Origin: Octopus sinensis
Taxonomy: Eukaryota
Length of the DNA: 64,000 nt
NCBI RefSeq assembly: GCF_006345805.1
Contig: NC_043022.1
Location: forward strand, 186,001 to 250,000
Reading direction: 5' to 3'
The position numbers and the translations under genes are program-made. Below, in pieces: positions 1 to 13,609 of the stretch. The notes below the pieces were generated by a model. That model saw nothing but the letters and a program-made list of their open reading frames with translations, had not been told where the DNA came from and ran no database searches. Numbering within the stretch: the first letter of the stretch is position 1; each line of letters opens with the position of its first letter.

Positions 1-837
1 AAATATTTTAAAGTCGAAGTAAAACCCTCACGGTATTGCGAGGGACAACCGCCAGGTCTCTTCCCGCGCATTATATACAGATACTACTCTGAGACGGGAC
101 CTGAATGATGATAAAAACACCCTTCTCACCGCACCAACTCGTAAAAAAGCCTCAAATGCCATAGATTGTAAAATATAATTTACCAACATATTACGGTATT
201 TCAATGTCTTATTCCATTCGGTACGAATGTAATAACCCCAAACACTACCACAATTATGAGGTTGTGCAATGAAGCAAACGAGTTGCTGCCAAGGGTGCTC
301 AACCCGAGGCATCAAGCTCCAACCCAAGAGCAAAAAGGGGGTAAACTGTGTCTCCATTTTATCGAATAGGGGTTGTTATTTCTCTAATTTATACTGTCAT
401 CTCTCTCCATCTCTCCAAACACGTGCAACTATGCATATTTACATGCAAGCATAGGTACCATATGTATATATATATATATCTATATCTATCTGACTAATCC
501 AGAAACGGCGTTCTCAAGTAATCGATGTACGTGTGATCTTTCGTTGTTTTTCCCTCTATACCTACGTGAATTATTTTTGAGTATACATTGTCTGGGAGAC
601 TTTTCTTATAGTAGAGGAAATAGCTAAATTTTTGGGCTGCTATTTCTAAAAGTTCGGTGTGTGGTAAAGTAAATTTTTTTTACTGAACCCAAATTATATA
701 ACGTAATGTTATATATATATATATATAATATATATATATGACTATTCAGATTTTTTTAATATGCTAGGCCACTGGTTTAAATTGATATTAATCAAATTAA
801 TATTCAATTTTTACCTTATTATTTCAATTTATATATA

Positions 838-869
<32 letters not shown>

Positions 870-930
870 ATATATATATATAAATGAATATATATATATA
901 AATATATAAATAAATAAATGAATATATATA

Positions 931-966
<36 letters not shown>

Positions 967-1002
967 TGTATGTATGTATGTATGTATGTATACACATACA
1001 TA

Positions 1003-1688
1003 CAGAGGGTGCGATGGGTAAATTTTGCGCATGCACATTGTTTTTATCGACCGCACGGTATAGTAGGACCAGTTGGACACCGTCTGTAAGAAAATTTGCA
1101 CCATGATGTAACTCACGATGCCAGAAATTTGGAAACGACATTCTGTACTACCTGGCATTCGCCCCGGAAGCTGCAATATGAACAAATGGTGAACACACAG
1201 AACAACCGTTGGCTTGCTGTGTCCCAGAACATGTACTGGAAGACCCTATGTCTGGCAACAGTATGCTGCACCATGCGACACATGCAGGAGAACCCAGTCA
1301 TGGATGTCACACAATTTCCCGCGACCATATCACCCCTAACATCTGGCCACCTAACTCTCCACATTGCAACACCCTTGGTTATTATGTGTGAGACGCCGTC
1401 GAGCGAGAGACCAACAAAACTCCTTGTAACACCAAAGATGAATCTAAGGCAAGGATTATGGCAGCATTCACCAAGTTAAACAAAGAGACCGCCCAGAAAA
1501 GTTACAGGAGATTCTGAAGCTGTTTCGAGGCCGTGATTTATGTCAATGACGATTTAATTGAATAATTTTCCTCATTAATATTTCAAGATAATTTTATGTA
1601 ATTTTGGTAAATATATTTGTTAAAATGAGATGTCAGTGTTATTTTCATTTTTGCGTAACTTAGACGGCAATATATTCACCTTACCCTG
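1003..1688 (+). mobile_element. Internally deleted Tc1/mariner element of maT (DD37D)-like type
   Basis: Ends TA-CAG(A)GGGTG...CCCTG-TA; broken transposase C-terminus NIWPPNSPHCNTLGYYV*DAVERETNKTP matching the WPPNSPDLNPLDY motif. Confidence 0.75.
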
Positions 1689-1698
1689 TATATATATA

Positions 1699-1918
1699 TA
1701 ATGTTGGTGCATAATTATTGCAGACTTTTTTCAATAAATCTTATTCAACAAAAACAATAACATCATTTAACAAAAACATCTTTAAATAATTATTCCGGAG
1801 CATATTCACCATCTACTTCAATTTCTGCTTGCCGTTTTGTTTAAACTGGCGTTTTGTTTAATAAAGTTTTTGAATAAAAGTTATTGAAAAAAGACACAAT
1901 AATTATGCACCAACCTAA
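1699..1918. mobile_element. Mariner-derived MITE
   Basis: ~37-bp TIRs TA(A/G)(T/G)TTGGTGCATAATTATTG...CAATAATTATGCACCAACCTAA resembling mariner TIRs; sits in a TA tract. Confidence 0.75.
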
Positions 1919-1942
1919 TATATATATATATATTATATATAT

Positions 1943-1989
<47 letters not shown>

Positions 1990-1994
<5 letters not shown>

Positions 1995-2768
1995 TCAAAA
2001 TATAAGAATGGCCATAATAGGACATTCGACTCACTAGAAAGAGCAGCCAAACGCAAACCGCTAATAGTTGTAATTCTGAAATTGAAAGAGAAATAAAATG
2101 TTTACCCTTTCATCTCTGGACTATGCATAGTTTCGGCAAACTTTAGTAAACAAATTAATTAAATTAAATTAAATTTATTTACAACTGGCGTGCCTCGTCA
2201 GCAGAGAAGCCAAGGACGAGCATATATCCACGAGGCGATGGTAGGGAAGTCTATATGCTATAAATTTTCAAAATCTACCGCAATCGCGCGGTCTTCTCAG
2301 CAGCAGATATAAACTGCTGATTTAATTTCGAAATTAGCCAAAAAATAATTAATTGATTAATATTAGGGTAGAAAAAATTCTAGAAAAAATTCTCCGCTAC
2401 CAGCGGTCCAGTGAGAAAGAAAAGATAGTCAAAAACTATATAATATACATTCAATATACCGCGCGACTGCGGTAGATTTTGAAAATTTATAGCATATAGA
2501 CTGGAGGCTTCCTTACCATTGCCTCGTGGATATATGCTCCTCCTTGGCTTCTCTGCTGACGAGGCACGCCAGTTGTTAATAAATTTAATTTAATTCAATT
2601 AATTTGTTTACTAAAGTTTGCCGAAACTATGCATAGTCCAGAGATGAAAAGGGAAACGTTTTTATTTCTCTTTCAATTTCAGAATTACAACTATTAGCGG
2701 TTTGAGTTTGGCTGCTCTTTCTAGTGAGTCGAATGTCCTATTATGGCCATTCCTTATATTTTTGAATG
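1990..2768. mobile_element. Foldback element with ~300-bp inverted arms
   Basis: 1990-2291 is the near-perfect reverse complement of 2459-2768; ~165-bp spacer; TA-rich flanks. Confidence 0.8.
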
Positions 2769-4004
2769 TATATTATATAGTCTTTGACTATCTTTTCTTT
2801 CTCACTGGACCGCTGGTAATTGCAATAATTCTTCCCTATTTAGGTACAAAATAGTAATTCTGAGTGGAATGGTAAGTCGATTACATTGACCCGGTGCTAA
2901 AGGGTAATTATGATATCGAAGCTGAAAATAGGAAAAGCAAAGTCGACCGCAGCGCAATTTGATTTCAGTACGTAAAGAGCCAGAAGTAACTACAGCTAAG
3001 CGGTTTGTTCGTCGCACTAATGATTCTGTTAGCTTTCTGCTTTGGCATTTGATTGCAATAACACGAACAGCAGAAGGGAGGTGATCAGTGCTGTTTGCTC
3101 CGTCAACAGACTATGTGGTCCGTCGGTCACTGTGTCGAGCGCAAGTTCAAACCATAGCCAACAGGTAATGAGGCTGACGGCGACGACGACGACGACGATG
3201 ACGACGATGACACAGAGATCGAAGGGCGATATCAAAATAGAAAATAAGCAAAATTATTTGTGGTTAAAGATCTCAAGGGAGGTAAATCACACGGGAGAGT
3301 AAAGAGTATTTCCCCCTGAACCTATAAAACTACTTGGAATTGCATGAGACGGCTGTATAGGTTAGAAATAACAGTTACACCTCCCCCAAATCCATCAAAT
3401 TGCTTTATTCAAGGAAGGACACATTTTAATACATTTTAAAAGCTACACCTTATACACTATACTTACATACAATCATGCATAAATACATACATATGTGTGT
3501 ATGCATGTGTGTGCGTGTGTGTGCGTGTCTGTGTACGTGTGTGTATGTGTGTGTGTATGTGTACGTGTGTGTATGTGTGTGTGTGTATGTATACACATTT
3601 TTTACGGTACTTCTCGGTTACGTTGACGAGGGTTCCAGTTGATCCAATTAACAGAACAACCTGCTCGGGAAATTAACGTGTGAGTGGCTGAGTACTTCAC
3701 AGACACGTGTACCCTTAACGTAGTACTCGGGGCGACTCAGCGTGACACAGAGTGTGACAAGGCTGGCCCTTTGCAAAAGAATGAGAGAAAGCTTTGGTGA
3801 AAGAGAACAGCAGGGTTCACCACCATCTCTTTCGTGAGCCTCGTGGAGCTTCAGGTGTTTTCGCTCAATAAACTCTCACAGCACCAGGAATCGAAACCGC
3901 GATCCTAAGACAGCGAGTTCGCTGTCCTAACCACTGAGCCACTGTACCACCAGTATATCTATCTATCTATCTATATATCTATCTATCTATCTATCTATCT
4001 ATCT

Positions 4005-4516
4005 CTTAACTGATTGGAAGTGTTATCATGTACATTGTTTTGTCTTGGTATAAAAGATGGGCTACAGCAACTATTCTGCTCAACACCACAGATTTGCTTG
4101 TCAGTTGTTTGACCGTAACCAGTTGACCATGTCCCTTAGTGGCTGGCGGTATGTGCATCTCTGATCACGAGCAGAAGTAGTGGGGGAGCATCATAGCCGT
4201 GTGTTGAGAGGGATTGTTTGGGGTTTGAATAATTCACCTCTGGAAACATATGTGTTTCGTTCAACATCCTTAAACAACCCTTATTCAGGGACCTTTTGAG
4301 CGGAATAGATTACTCGACCTGAAGAAAATTCTAACTGGGCCCCCCCTGCATGGTCATATGCTGTTTATCTTGATATGAGATCACCATGTTGCGCAAATAT
4401 GGTTGTGATGCATGTGCGTTGTGTACCCTTATCAGACGGGTAGTCATGATGGTTATACTGGGCTTCGTATATTTTACTCCAGTGTCACTTTGATGGCATC
4501 CACTGCTTTCTCACTC

Positions 4517-4553
<37 letters not shown>
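4005..4553 (+). mobile_element. Non-coding retroposon 3' region with (AAT)n tail; second copy at 53190-53745 (-)
   Basis: Two copies align in opposite orientation over ~500 bp and each ends in an AAT repeat. Confidence 0.6.
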
Positions 4554-4555
<2 letters not shown>

Positions 4556-5299
4556 CCTTTTTGTTAAAGGCACAAGGCCAGCAATTTCGGGGAAACAGGT
4601 AAATATCAATTATATTGACACCAGTACTCAACTGGTACTTATTTTATCGACCCCGAAAGGACGAAAGATAAACGCGACTGACCGAATTTGAACTCAGAAT
4701 GTAAAGACGGACGATGGAGGTATGAGATTTTTGTAGATGTTTTTGTAGAGCCACAGTAAAAGTCACGTGATATGAGCTTGGCACTCTCAAGAAAATTATT
4801 CACCGCTACCGTTTTGTAATTAACGAAGTAATTAGTATAATTATCAAATAATTAATTACTGACTGTGTGAGTATGTGTCAGTGTGTATGTATATATATGT
4901 TGCTATATTACAAGACTATAGGCACTCAAACTTACCACCGAAACCAATAATACTTCAGCGATTACCACCACGAGCCCCACCACCACCACCATCACCACCA
5001 CCATCACCATCACCACAACCACCACCATCACTACCACCACCACCACAACAACCACCATCACCACCACCACCACCATAATCACCAGCATAACCACCACCGC
5101 AATCATAATCACCGACACAACCACTACCATCACCACCAACACCTCCAGCACCACCAACATTACCAATCCAACCATGACATACAATTGTTCAGCAAACTGG
5201 AACAATCAACAACCGTAACCACTTAGCGAGTATATAGATATATATGCGTGTGTGCGTGTATCCATACTAGTCTATTTACGTATATGTATGTATGTGCAT

Positions 5300-5340
<41 letters not shown>

Positions 5341-5440
5341 GGTGTGTGTGTGTGTGTGTGTATGCATATATATATATATACGTACATACATTATATATAT
5401 ATATAATATATATATGCACACACATACACAGACACACGCA

Positions 5441-5512
<72 letters not shown>

Positions 5513-5606
5513 TGTATGTTTGTAGGTATGTATGTATATATGTATATATCACCACCGCTTCCTCGATTACTCAGAAGATACCGGAGCGACATACAGACAG
5601 ACAACG

Positions 5607-5671
5607 ATGAGGATCCGTTACCTCGGTTTCTTTGCCTTGCTGTTTTTTTCCTCGATGAAACTCTCTACACA
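5607..5671 (+). CDS. Exon 1 (putative signal peptide) of secreted tandem calcium-binding EGF protein
   Basis: ACAACGATGA start context; MRIRYLGFFALLFFSSMKLST has basic n-region and hydrophobic h-region; ends CA|GTAAGT (phase 2), matching the phase-2 acceptors at 12430 and 16057. Confidence 0.6.
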
Positions 5672-5688
5672 GTAAGTACACCTGCATA

Positions 5689-5729
<41 letters not shown>

Positions 5730-6261
5730 CTATATATATATATATATATAATTATATATATATATATATATATTAATATATATATATATATATATATAAT
5801 ATGAGAGATGTTTTTATATATAATGAACGTGAAATACAGGAAGGGACGAACACGGAACACAGACAAATCATTCGAAGCCTTCAATCTTCAGTCAGACACA
5901 AGAAACCGAATCATCATAGCAAATTTCGGCTGTTCAATTCTGATATTTGCTCCAACTCGGCCAGCCCCAAGAAAAAAAACTAAGCTGTAAGCATTAGATT
6001 CTTGGTAGAAGACAGGAATGTGAACGCACAAGACGGATGTGAATACAAGAGACGAAAACGAAATTGAAAACAGTAATGAATAAACAAAATATATATAACG
6101 GTGGTTGTCATACGACTTAGACCAAATGAGACAAAACAACAACAAACATAGCAGCTGGCGTAGAAATAATTACCGTTTCGGTAGCGGGGACACATGTTGG
6201 TCGAGATACGAAGGCCAACAGAATGGTTGAAGAAGCAGCAGGTCGCAGGAGAGAGAGAAAG

Positions 6262-6295
<34 letters not shown>

Positions 6296-6314
6296 GTATA
6301 CATATATGTATACT

Positions 6315-6346
<32 letters not shown>

Positions 6347-6531
6347 TAATCCAAACAAGAACACAAAAATCACAACAAGGCGAGGACGTGGAGCAAATAT
6401 AGTATTATTGGACTCTCAGGAAAGAAGGGAAGAAGGAGGCTTAACGTTTCGAGCGGAGCTCTTCGTCGGAAACATAGGAGAAGGAAAATCCAGAGAGGAA
6501 AAAAAGTCGCCAACGGTACACACGAGGTCAC

Positions 6532-6597
<66 letters not shown>

Positions 6598-6605
6598 GGT
6601 GTGTT

Positions 6606-6652
<47 letters not shown>

Positions 6653-6690
6653 TGTGTCTGTGTGTGTGTGTATGTAAGTATATACATATA

Positions 6691-6901
6691 GGCGCAGGAA
6701 TGGCTGTGTGGTAAGTAGCTTGCTAACCAACCACATGGTCCCGGGTTCAGTCCCACTGCGTGGCATCTTGGGCAAGTGTCTTCTGCTGTAGCCCCGGGCC
6801 GACCAATGCCTTGTGAGTGGATTTGGTAGACGGAAACTGAAAGAAGCCTGCAGTATATATGTATATATACATATATATATGTATATTATATATATATGTA
6901 T

Positions 6902-6945
<44 letters not shown>

Positions 6946-7168
6946 TACGACGGACGGGCTTTTGTGTCTGTGTTTGTCCCCCCTAGCATTGCTTGACAAC
7001 CGATGCTGGTGTGTTTACGTCTCCGTCACTTAGCGGTTCGGCAAAAAAGACCGATAGAATAAATACTGGGCTTACAAAGAATAAGTCCCGGGGTCAAGTT
7101 GCTCGACTAAAGGCGGTGCTCCAGCATGGCCGCAGTCAAATGACTGAAACAAGTAAAAGAGTAAAGAG
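6691..7168 (+). mobile_element. tRNA-derived SINE family A (full length)
   Basis: Head GGCGCAGGAATGGCTGTGTGG (A box)...GGTTCAGTCCC (B box), central CTTGGGCAAG, internal (TA/TG)n, tail CCAGCATGGCCGCAGTCAAATGACTGAAAC. Other copies ~7602-7972(+), 9040-9365(+), 12901-13291(-), 20691-21760(+), 46332-46723(-), 50100-50385(-), 55426-55826(+), 63125-63506(-). Confidence 0.85.
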
Positions 7169-7257
7169 TATATGCACATGAAATCACCCACATGCACACA
7201 TTCATATATGTATTCTGTTTGTTTATACTCCAATCTATGTATGCAAGCTTTAATTTG

Positions 7258-7307
<50 letters not shown>

Positions 7308-7798
7308 CACACACACACACACACATATTGTTGAAATTTATAGAAAAACAAAAAACGAAGACAAGTGTATAAAACAGCAAGCAAGTGTAATAGTTTGGCG
7401 CTCGGGAAAGTGAGACGGTATTTTACGTTTCGAGCCTACGCTCTTGATCTGAAGCGAACAGCAGTAAATAAACAGAGACAGAATGAAAAAAAACACCTTG
7501 TATGTTTCAGCGGTCCGGCATAGCATAGATAGGGTAGAAAGTTGTAATATTTACAATGCAGCACATGGCTATCAGCACTCTTAAAATGGAATCTTAAGGA
7601 CAATAGGAGTGGCTGTGTGGCTGTGTGGTAAGCTTGCTTAACAAACTCATGGTTCCGGGTTCAGTCCCACTGCGTGGCAACTTGGGCAAGTGTCTTCTAC
7701 TATAGCCTCGGGCCGACCAATGCCTTGTGAGTGGATTTGGTAGACGGAAACTGAAAGAAGACCGTCGTTTTATATATATATATATATATGTGTGTGTG

Positions 7799-7840
<42 letters not shown>

Positions 7841-8045
7841 ATATGTATATAGGTATGTATATGTTTGTGTGTCTGTGTTTGTCCCCCCAACATCGCTTGA
7901 CAACCGCTGCTGGTGTGTTAACGTCCCCGTAACTTAGCGGTTCGGCAAAAGATCGATAGAATAAGTACTAGAGAGGGAGAGATCGAGATATGTGTTCATA
8001 TATTCAAAAAGATTAACACATGTATACACATACACTCTCACACAC

Positions 8046-8095
<50 letters not shown>

Positions 8096-8157
8096 GTACA
8101 CAATAATATTTTTACACAGGGCATCAAAATACAGAATACTAAGAAAACACATACATA

Positions 8158-8188
<31 letters not shown>

Positions 8189-8433
8189 CATACATACTTA
8201 CATACATACATACATACATAAATACATACATACTTACATACATGCATACATACATACATACATACATACATACATACATACATACATAAATACATACATA
8301 CTTATATACATACATAAATGCATACATACATACATACATACATTCATGCATACATACATACAAAGATACATAGATACATACATGAATACATACATACATA
8401 CATACAAACATACATACAAACATACATACATAA

Positions 8434-8464
<31 letters not shown>

Positions 8465-8509
8465 CACCTTACATACATACATCACATACAATACATACAT
8501 ACATACATA

Positions 8510-8550
<41 letters not shown>

Positions 8551-8712
8551 TAATATATTACGGGTATAGGACGTAATTAACTGTGTAAACAACATGAAAT
8601 ACGTAACAAACGAGTTAAATATGCAAACAAGAGAGAAAAAATGGAAGACGGTAAGTAAACACTGAGAAAGGACCCTTGATCAGTTGTCAGCTGTTATATA
8701 CTCCTCACTTCG

Positions 8713-8784
<72 letters not shown>

Positions 8785-10190
8785 CATATATATATATAAG
8801 TGTAGGAAGGATGTGTGGTAAGGCAGCGAGCTGGCAGAAACGTTAGCACGCCGGACGAAATGCTTAGCAGTATTTCGTCTACCGTTACGTTCTGATTTCG
8901 AATTCCGCCGAGGTCAACTTTGCCTTTCATCATTTCGGGGTCGATAAATTAAGTACCAGTTACGCACTGGTGTTGATGTAATCGACTTAATCCTTTTGTC
9001 CTCTCTATGTTTAGCCCCTTGTGAGCAATAAACAAATAAGAAGCTTGCTTACCAACCACATGGTTCTGGGTTCATTAAGTGTCTTCTACTCTAGGTTCGA
9101 GCCGAACAAAGCCTTGTGAGTGGATTTGGTAGACGGAAACTGAAAGAAGCCCGTCGTTATATATATAACATGCGTGTGTGCGTATTTTTGATTGTATTTG
9201 TGTGTCTTTATATGTATTTTGTTTGTCCTCACCACCATCGCTTGACAACCGATGTTGGTGAGTTTGCAGCTCGGCATAAGGGACTGATAGAATAAGTACT
9301 AGGCTTACAAAGAATAAGATTTGTTTGACTAAAGGCGCAGTCAAATGACTGAAACAAGTATAAGAATATATTTATAATTTAATTATATATAAACAATCTA
9401 TTTATAATCAGTAGAAGTTACCCAAGGACCGTGACTTTCATGCATGTATATATGTATTGTCCCCTCGCAACTTGCAACGGCTGTTGGTTTGTTTACGTTG
9501 CCGTAACCTTAGTGATAAGGCAAAAGGGACCAGTAGAATAAACTGATTTTAAATTTTGATTCGAGGCCAGCAATTTTTGGTGGGGTCTGTCGATTACAAC
9601 GACCCATGTGCTCAACTAGTGCTCGCTTCATGAAACCGAAAGGAGTGAAAGAGAGTGTCTAACTCGGCGGAATTTGAACTCAGAACGTCATGCCGCTAAG
9701 CATTTTGGCCGCTGTGGTACCGGTTCTGCAACTCGCCGCCTTATAGTAAGAAGAACATATTGGTTCTAAATTTTGCTCTAGGCCAGCAATTTCGGACAGT
9801 GGGGTCAGTGGATTACATCTATACCAATATTCAACTGGTACTTATTTTATCGACCCCGAAAGGAACGCAACATTGAAAGAAATGTTGATAAAGTATTTTA
9901 CTCGGCGTGTTAACGTTTGTGCTAGCTCGCCACCTTATAAGTAGAATACTCAATCTTATTTTAATATTGCAGTTGATGTGTTTGCATAAAATCCATGAAG
10001 GTGGTGCCCCAGTATGGCCGCAGTGCAATGACTCAAAATAAGTAAAATATAATAGAAATGACATGATATAATAAGTATGTACTATAAGATCTCGGTTTAG
10101 TTTATCACAAAATCTCCGGCTTAAACGGCATCTAAAACACGGATTGCCTTGAAGCTACCTATGAATGAAGCATATCATACATACATACAT

Positions 10191-10226
<36 letters not shown>

Positions 10227-10229
<3 letters not shown>

Positions 10230-10735
10230 CAGTATCGCCCGGCGTGCTCGGGTTTGTAAGGGAAATAACTATATAAGCATTTTTAGAGAGTTACTTCCCT
10301 TATAGATGCCAATTCGGGCTTCTTAATCATTTCTTTTTGGTTTTGTGTCTCAAGCCATGAAGTCGTTGTTCTAAAGAACGCTGGTCTCCTTGACAACGCT
10401 TTACGACATTGATTTCCTTACACTCCCTTCCCCACAGCTTCACGAGGGAGGGAAGAAGGGGGAGAAGCAAACAGGTGCAGGTGTGACCATGGACGCCAAC
10501 TCCGCCGCCATCGACACACGAAAAATTATGCATTAAAATGGAATAAAAAATGATGTTAATTATTTTTTAAATCGTAGACTCATCGTAGACGCGCGCTAAT
10601 ACTCAGACGGGCTCGATATGAATCACGACTATAAGATACCCGAACTTGGTTAAACTGCACCGCAAAATGTGGGAGTAGTTAGGAATCTAAATCGAAGGGG
10701 ACAGACACTCACACAACTACAGTTTTATATATATA
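10227..10735 (+). mobile_element. Non-autonomous Helitron-like element
   Basis: Starts TAGCAGTATCGCCCGGCGTGCTCGGG, ends GACAGACACTCACACAACTACAGTTTTATATATA; resembles Lep1/DINE-type ends (recalled, not searched). Confidence 0.45.
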
Positions 10736-10783
10736 TATATATATATATTTATTATGTATATATATATATTATATATATATATA

Positions 10784-10856
<73 letters not shown>

Positions 10857-11289
10857 GGGAAGGGGCTGTGGGTAAGTGTATGCAAACACATTTGCGACAG
10901 CGACAAAATTTCTACGAAAGTTCCTAAACTAGAAATTTTATCTTAAACCCTTGGTGAAATTTTTCACACGCCATTGTTGCCAGTAAGCTTGCATTGTAAG
11001 GCGTAAAGAGAACTCGCTTAATCATCATAAAACAAAATATTTAATTACCACAAGGTCAAGTAAGCATGTCATCAGTGTTTATTAAACAATACCTCACACC
11101 ATTACTCCAGGTATGACTCCCTCTGCCTAATTCTGTGGTTTTCGTTTTCAGTGTCATTCACTGACGGACGTAAAAATAGAAATATATGTGATATGGTTTA
11201 TTGTGTTAGTGTCGAGAAAAAAATGACTTTTGAACATGAAAATGGAAAATATGTACCGGCATACATATATATTATACATAATAATAATA

Positions 11290-11645
11290 TTAGGGAGTAA
11301 ATCCAAACTTGCAGGGAAAAATTAGATTTAGGATTAAATCAAATTTCACAGTATAAATATAAATTAAATTAGAAATAAAACCACTATTAGGCAAATCAAA
11401 CAGTGAAAAATATAAAAAATTAAAAAATTAAAAAGTTAAAAGTTTAAAAATTTATAAATTTAAAATTTAAAAATATTTTTTTTAAATATAAAAATTTATA
11501 AATATAAAAAATTTTAAATTTAAATAATTTAAATTTTAAATTTTATATTTTGGATATATTAATTATATTTATTTTCATGTTTTGGTTTATGTTTTTCACT
11601 GTTTGATTTGCCTAATAGTAGTTTTATTTCTAATTTAATTTATAT
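11290..11645. repeat. AT-rich element with ~55-bp inverted arms
   Basis: 11357-11410 is the reverse complement of 11592-11645 (ATTAGGCAAATCAAACAGTGAAAAA / TTTTTCACTGTTTGATTTGCCTAAT). Confidence 0.6.
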
Positions 11646-12063
11646 ATATTATACATACATACACTCAAATACACATAGATGCAATGTATCAAGGCAAAAT
11701 CAACCCTTAGGACAAAATCACCCCCAAAACAAAACCCTGAGGATAAATTCCCCCCCAGACAAAAATATCAACTAATAGATAGTTTAAATATTTTTAATAA
11801 AATTTCACTTTCCTAAAATATTTGTTATTATATAGAAAGAACAATATCCAAAGCGATATTAATTGACGGAGTATTTTAAGACAAATAAGTACTTCCAGTC
11901 GATTCATTGAACTAAATATCCTTCAAGGTGATGCCCCAGCATGGCCGCAGTCATATCACAGAGACAAATAAAAGAATTGTTCAACCACTGTCTATGTTTT
12001 AATAAATTAGATAAACAAGCGTGCGTATAATTTTCGACTTACTTTCGTATCAGAAAGAAATTA

Positions 12064-12295
12064 AGGCGGCGAGCTGGCAGAAACGTTAGCACGCCGGGCG
12101 AAATGCGTGGCCGTATTTCGTCTGCTGTTACGTTCTGAATTCAAATTCCGCCGAGGTCGACTTTGCCTTTCATCCTTTCGAGGTCGATAAATTAAGTACC
12201 AGTTACGTACTGGAGTCGATATAATCGACTTAATCCGTCTGTCTGTCCTTGTTTGTCCCCTCTGTGTTTAGCTCCTTGTGGGCACTTGATTCAAA
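12064..12295 (+). mobile_element. tRNA-derived SINE family B
   Basis: GGCGGCGAGCTGGCAGAAACGTTAGC...GA(G/A)TTCAAATTCC B box, then GTCGACTTTGCCTTTCATCC. Other copies ~8821-9040, 19671-19890, 47815-48045, 48638-49052, 54375-54810 (+); 17950-18955, 62699-62911 (-). Confidence 0.85.
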
Positions 12296-12429
12296 CCCAC
12301 GTGAAGCCCAATGGTTGCGAACCAAACATGTTAACTACACAGCCATACCATTTTCTTCTTTGGTTTTGAAAAGCGATTTCTCTTTTATTTTATTTTTGTT
12401 TGTTTGTTTTTTATATTTTTGTCTTTCAG

Positions 12430-12633
12430 GAAATTTAGGTTTGTGTTTGAGGGTAGTTATAATACTTTGCATTTTAGGGCCCAGAAGCTGGAAACACCAT
12501 TTTCTTTAGACAACGCCCCCTTAAGTCCAAATTCGTTGAGGGTGGGTTTTCTACCTGTTGACTTTGCCCTTAGCGCTCTCTCTACGTGCCAGACGCTCCT
12601 CACTGAACTTGAACCTGAATCTTTAGCGCTGAG
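12430..12633 (+). CDS. Candidate exon 2 (204 nt, phase 2-2, possibly a cassette exon)
   Basis: Long pyrimidine tract + TTTCAG| acceptor, AG|GTAAGC donor; only the phase-2 frame is open (KFRFVFEGSY...EPESLALR). No recognised domain. Confidence 0.4.
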
Positions 12634-13609
12634 GTAAGCCACCTCCAATTACAATTATATTTTTCATCTTTGCTTTTATCTTTTACTTGTATCAGTCGCT
12701 AGACTGCCGCCATGCTGGAGCACCACCTTGAAGAACATTTAGTCGAAAGAATCGACTCAGCACTTTTTTTTTCTTAAGCCTGGTACTTATTTTCTTGGTC
12801 TCTTTTGCCGAACTGCAATGTTACAGGAACGTAAACGCACCAACACCGGTTTTCAAGCGTGGTGGGGGACAAACATAGACACAAAGACATACACACATAC
12901 TCTTTTACTTGCTTCAGTCATTTGAGTGCGGCCATGCTGGAGCACCGCGTTAAATCGAGCAACTCGACCCCGGGACTTATTCTTTTGTAAGCCCAGTACT
13001 TATTCTATCTGTCTCTTTTGCCGAATCGCTAGGTGACGGGGGCATAAACACACCAGCATCGGTTGTCAAGCAATGCTAGGGGGACAAACACAGACACACA
13101 AACATACACACACACATATATATATACATATATACGACGGGCTTCTTTCAGTTTCCGTCTACCAAATCCACTCACAAGTCTTTGGTCGGCCCGGGGCTAT
13201 AGTAGAAGACACTTGCCCAAAGTGCCACGCAGTGGGACTGAACTCGGAACCATGTGGTTGGTAAACAAGCTACTTGCCACACAGCCACTCCTAAATATAT
13301 ACGATGGGATTCTTCCAGTTTCCTTCTCCTAAATCCAGTCACAAGGCTTGGTCGTCAGCTTCTTACTCACGATTTTATATTCAACCAGTAGGCTGTGGCC
13401 ATGCCGTGGTACCTTTATATATATGGTCTGGAACCTGGCCGGTTACGACTATGAGCGTTCCAGTTGATCCAATCAATGGAACAGTCTGCTCGTGAAGGTA
13501 ACATGCAAGTGGCTAAGCACTGCACAGACACGCGTACCCTTAATGTAGTTCTCAGAGAGATGCAGGGTGACAAGGCTGGCTCTTTGATTTTCATATATAT
13601 ATATATATT

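Noticed and set aside
28-454. ORFs at the window start
   Set aside because: No recognisable motif or splice structure; left unassigned.
3165-3248. Acidic peptide GNEADGDDDD...
   Set aside because: (GAC/GAT)n repeat with a stop just upstream and no usable acceptor.
4875-5205. Pro-rich and Val-rich ORFs
   Set aside because: Produced by an (ACC)n-type repeat; no splice or homology support.
6691-6775. tRNA gene
   Set aside because: A and B boxes are present but run into SINE body and tail, in many divergent copies; no clean cloverleaf.
11076-11110. 35-nt candidate phase 2-1 exon
   Set aside because: In-frame TAA after two codons; 16057-16118 fills the role better.
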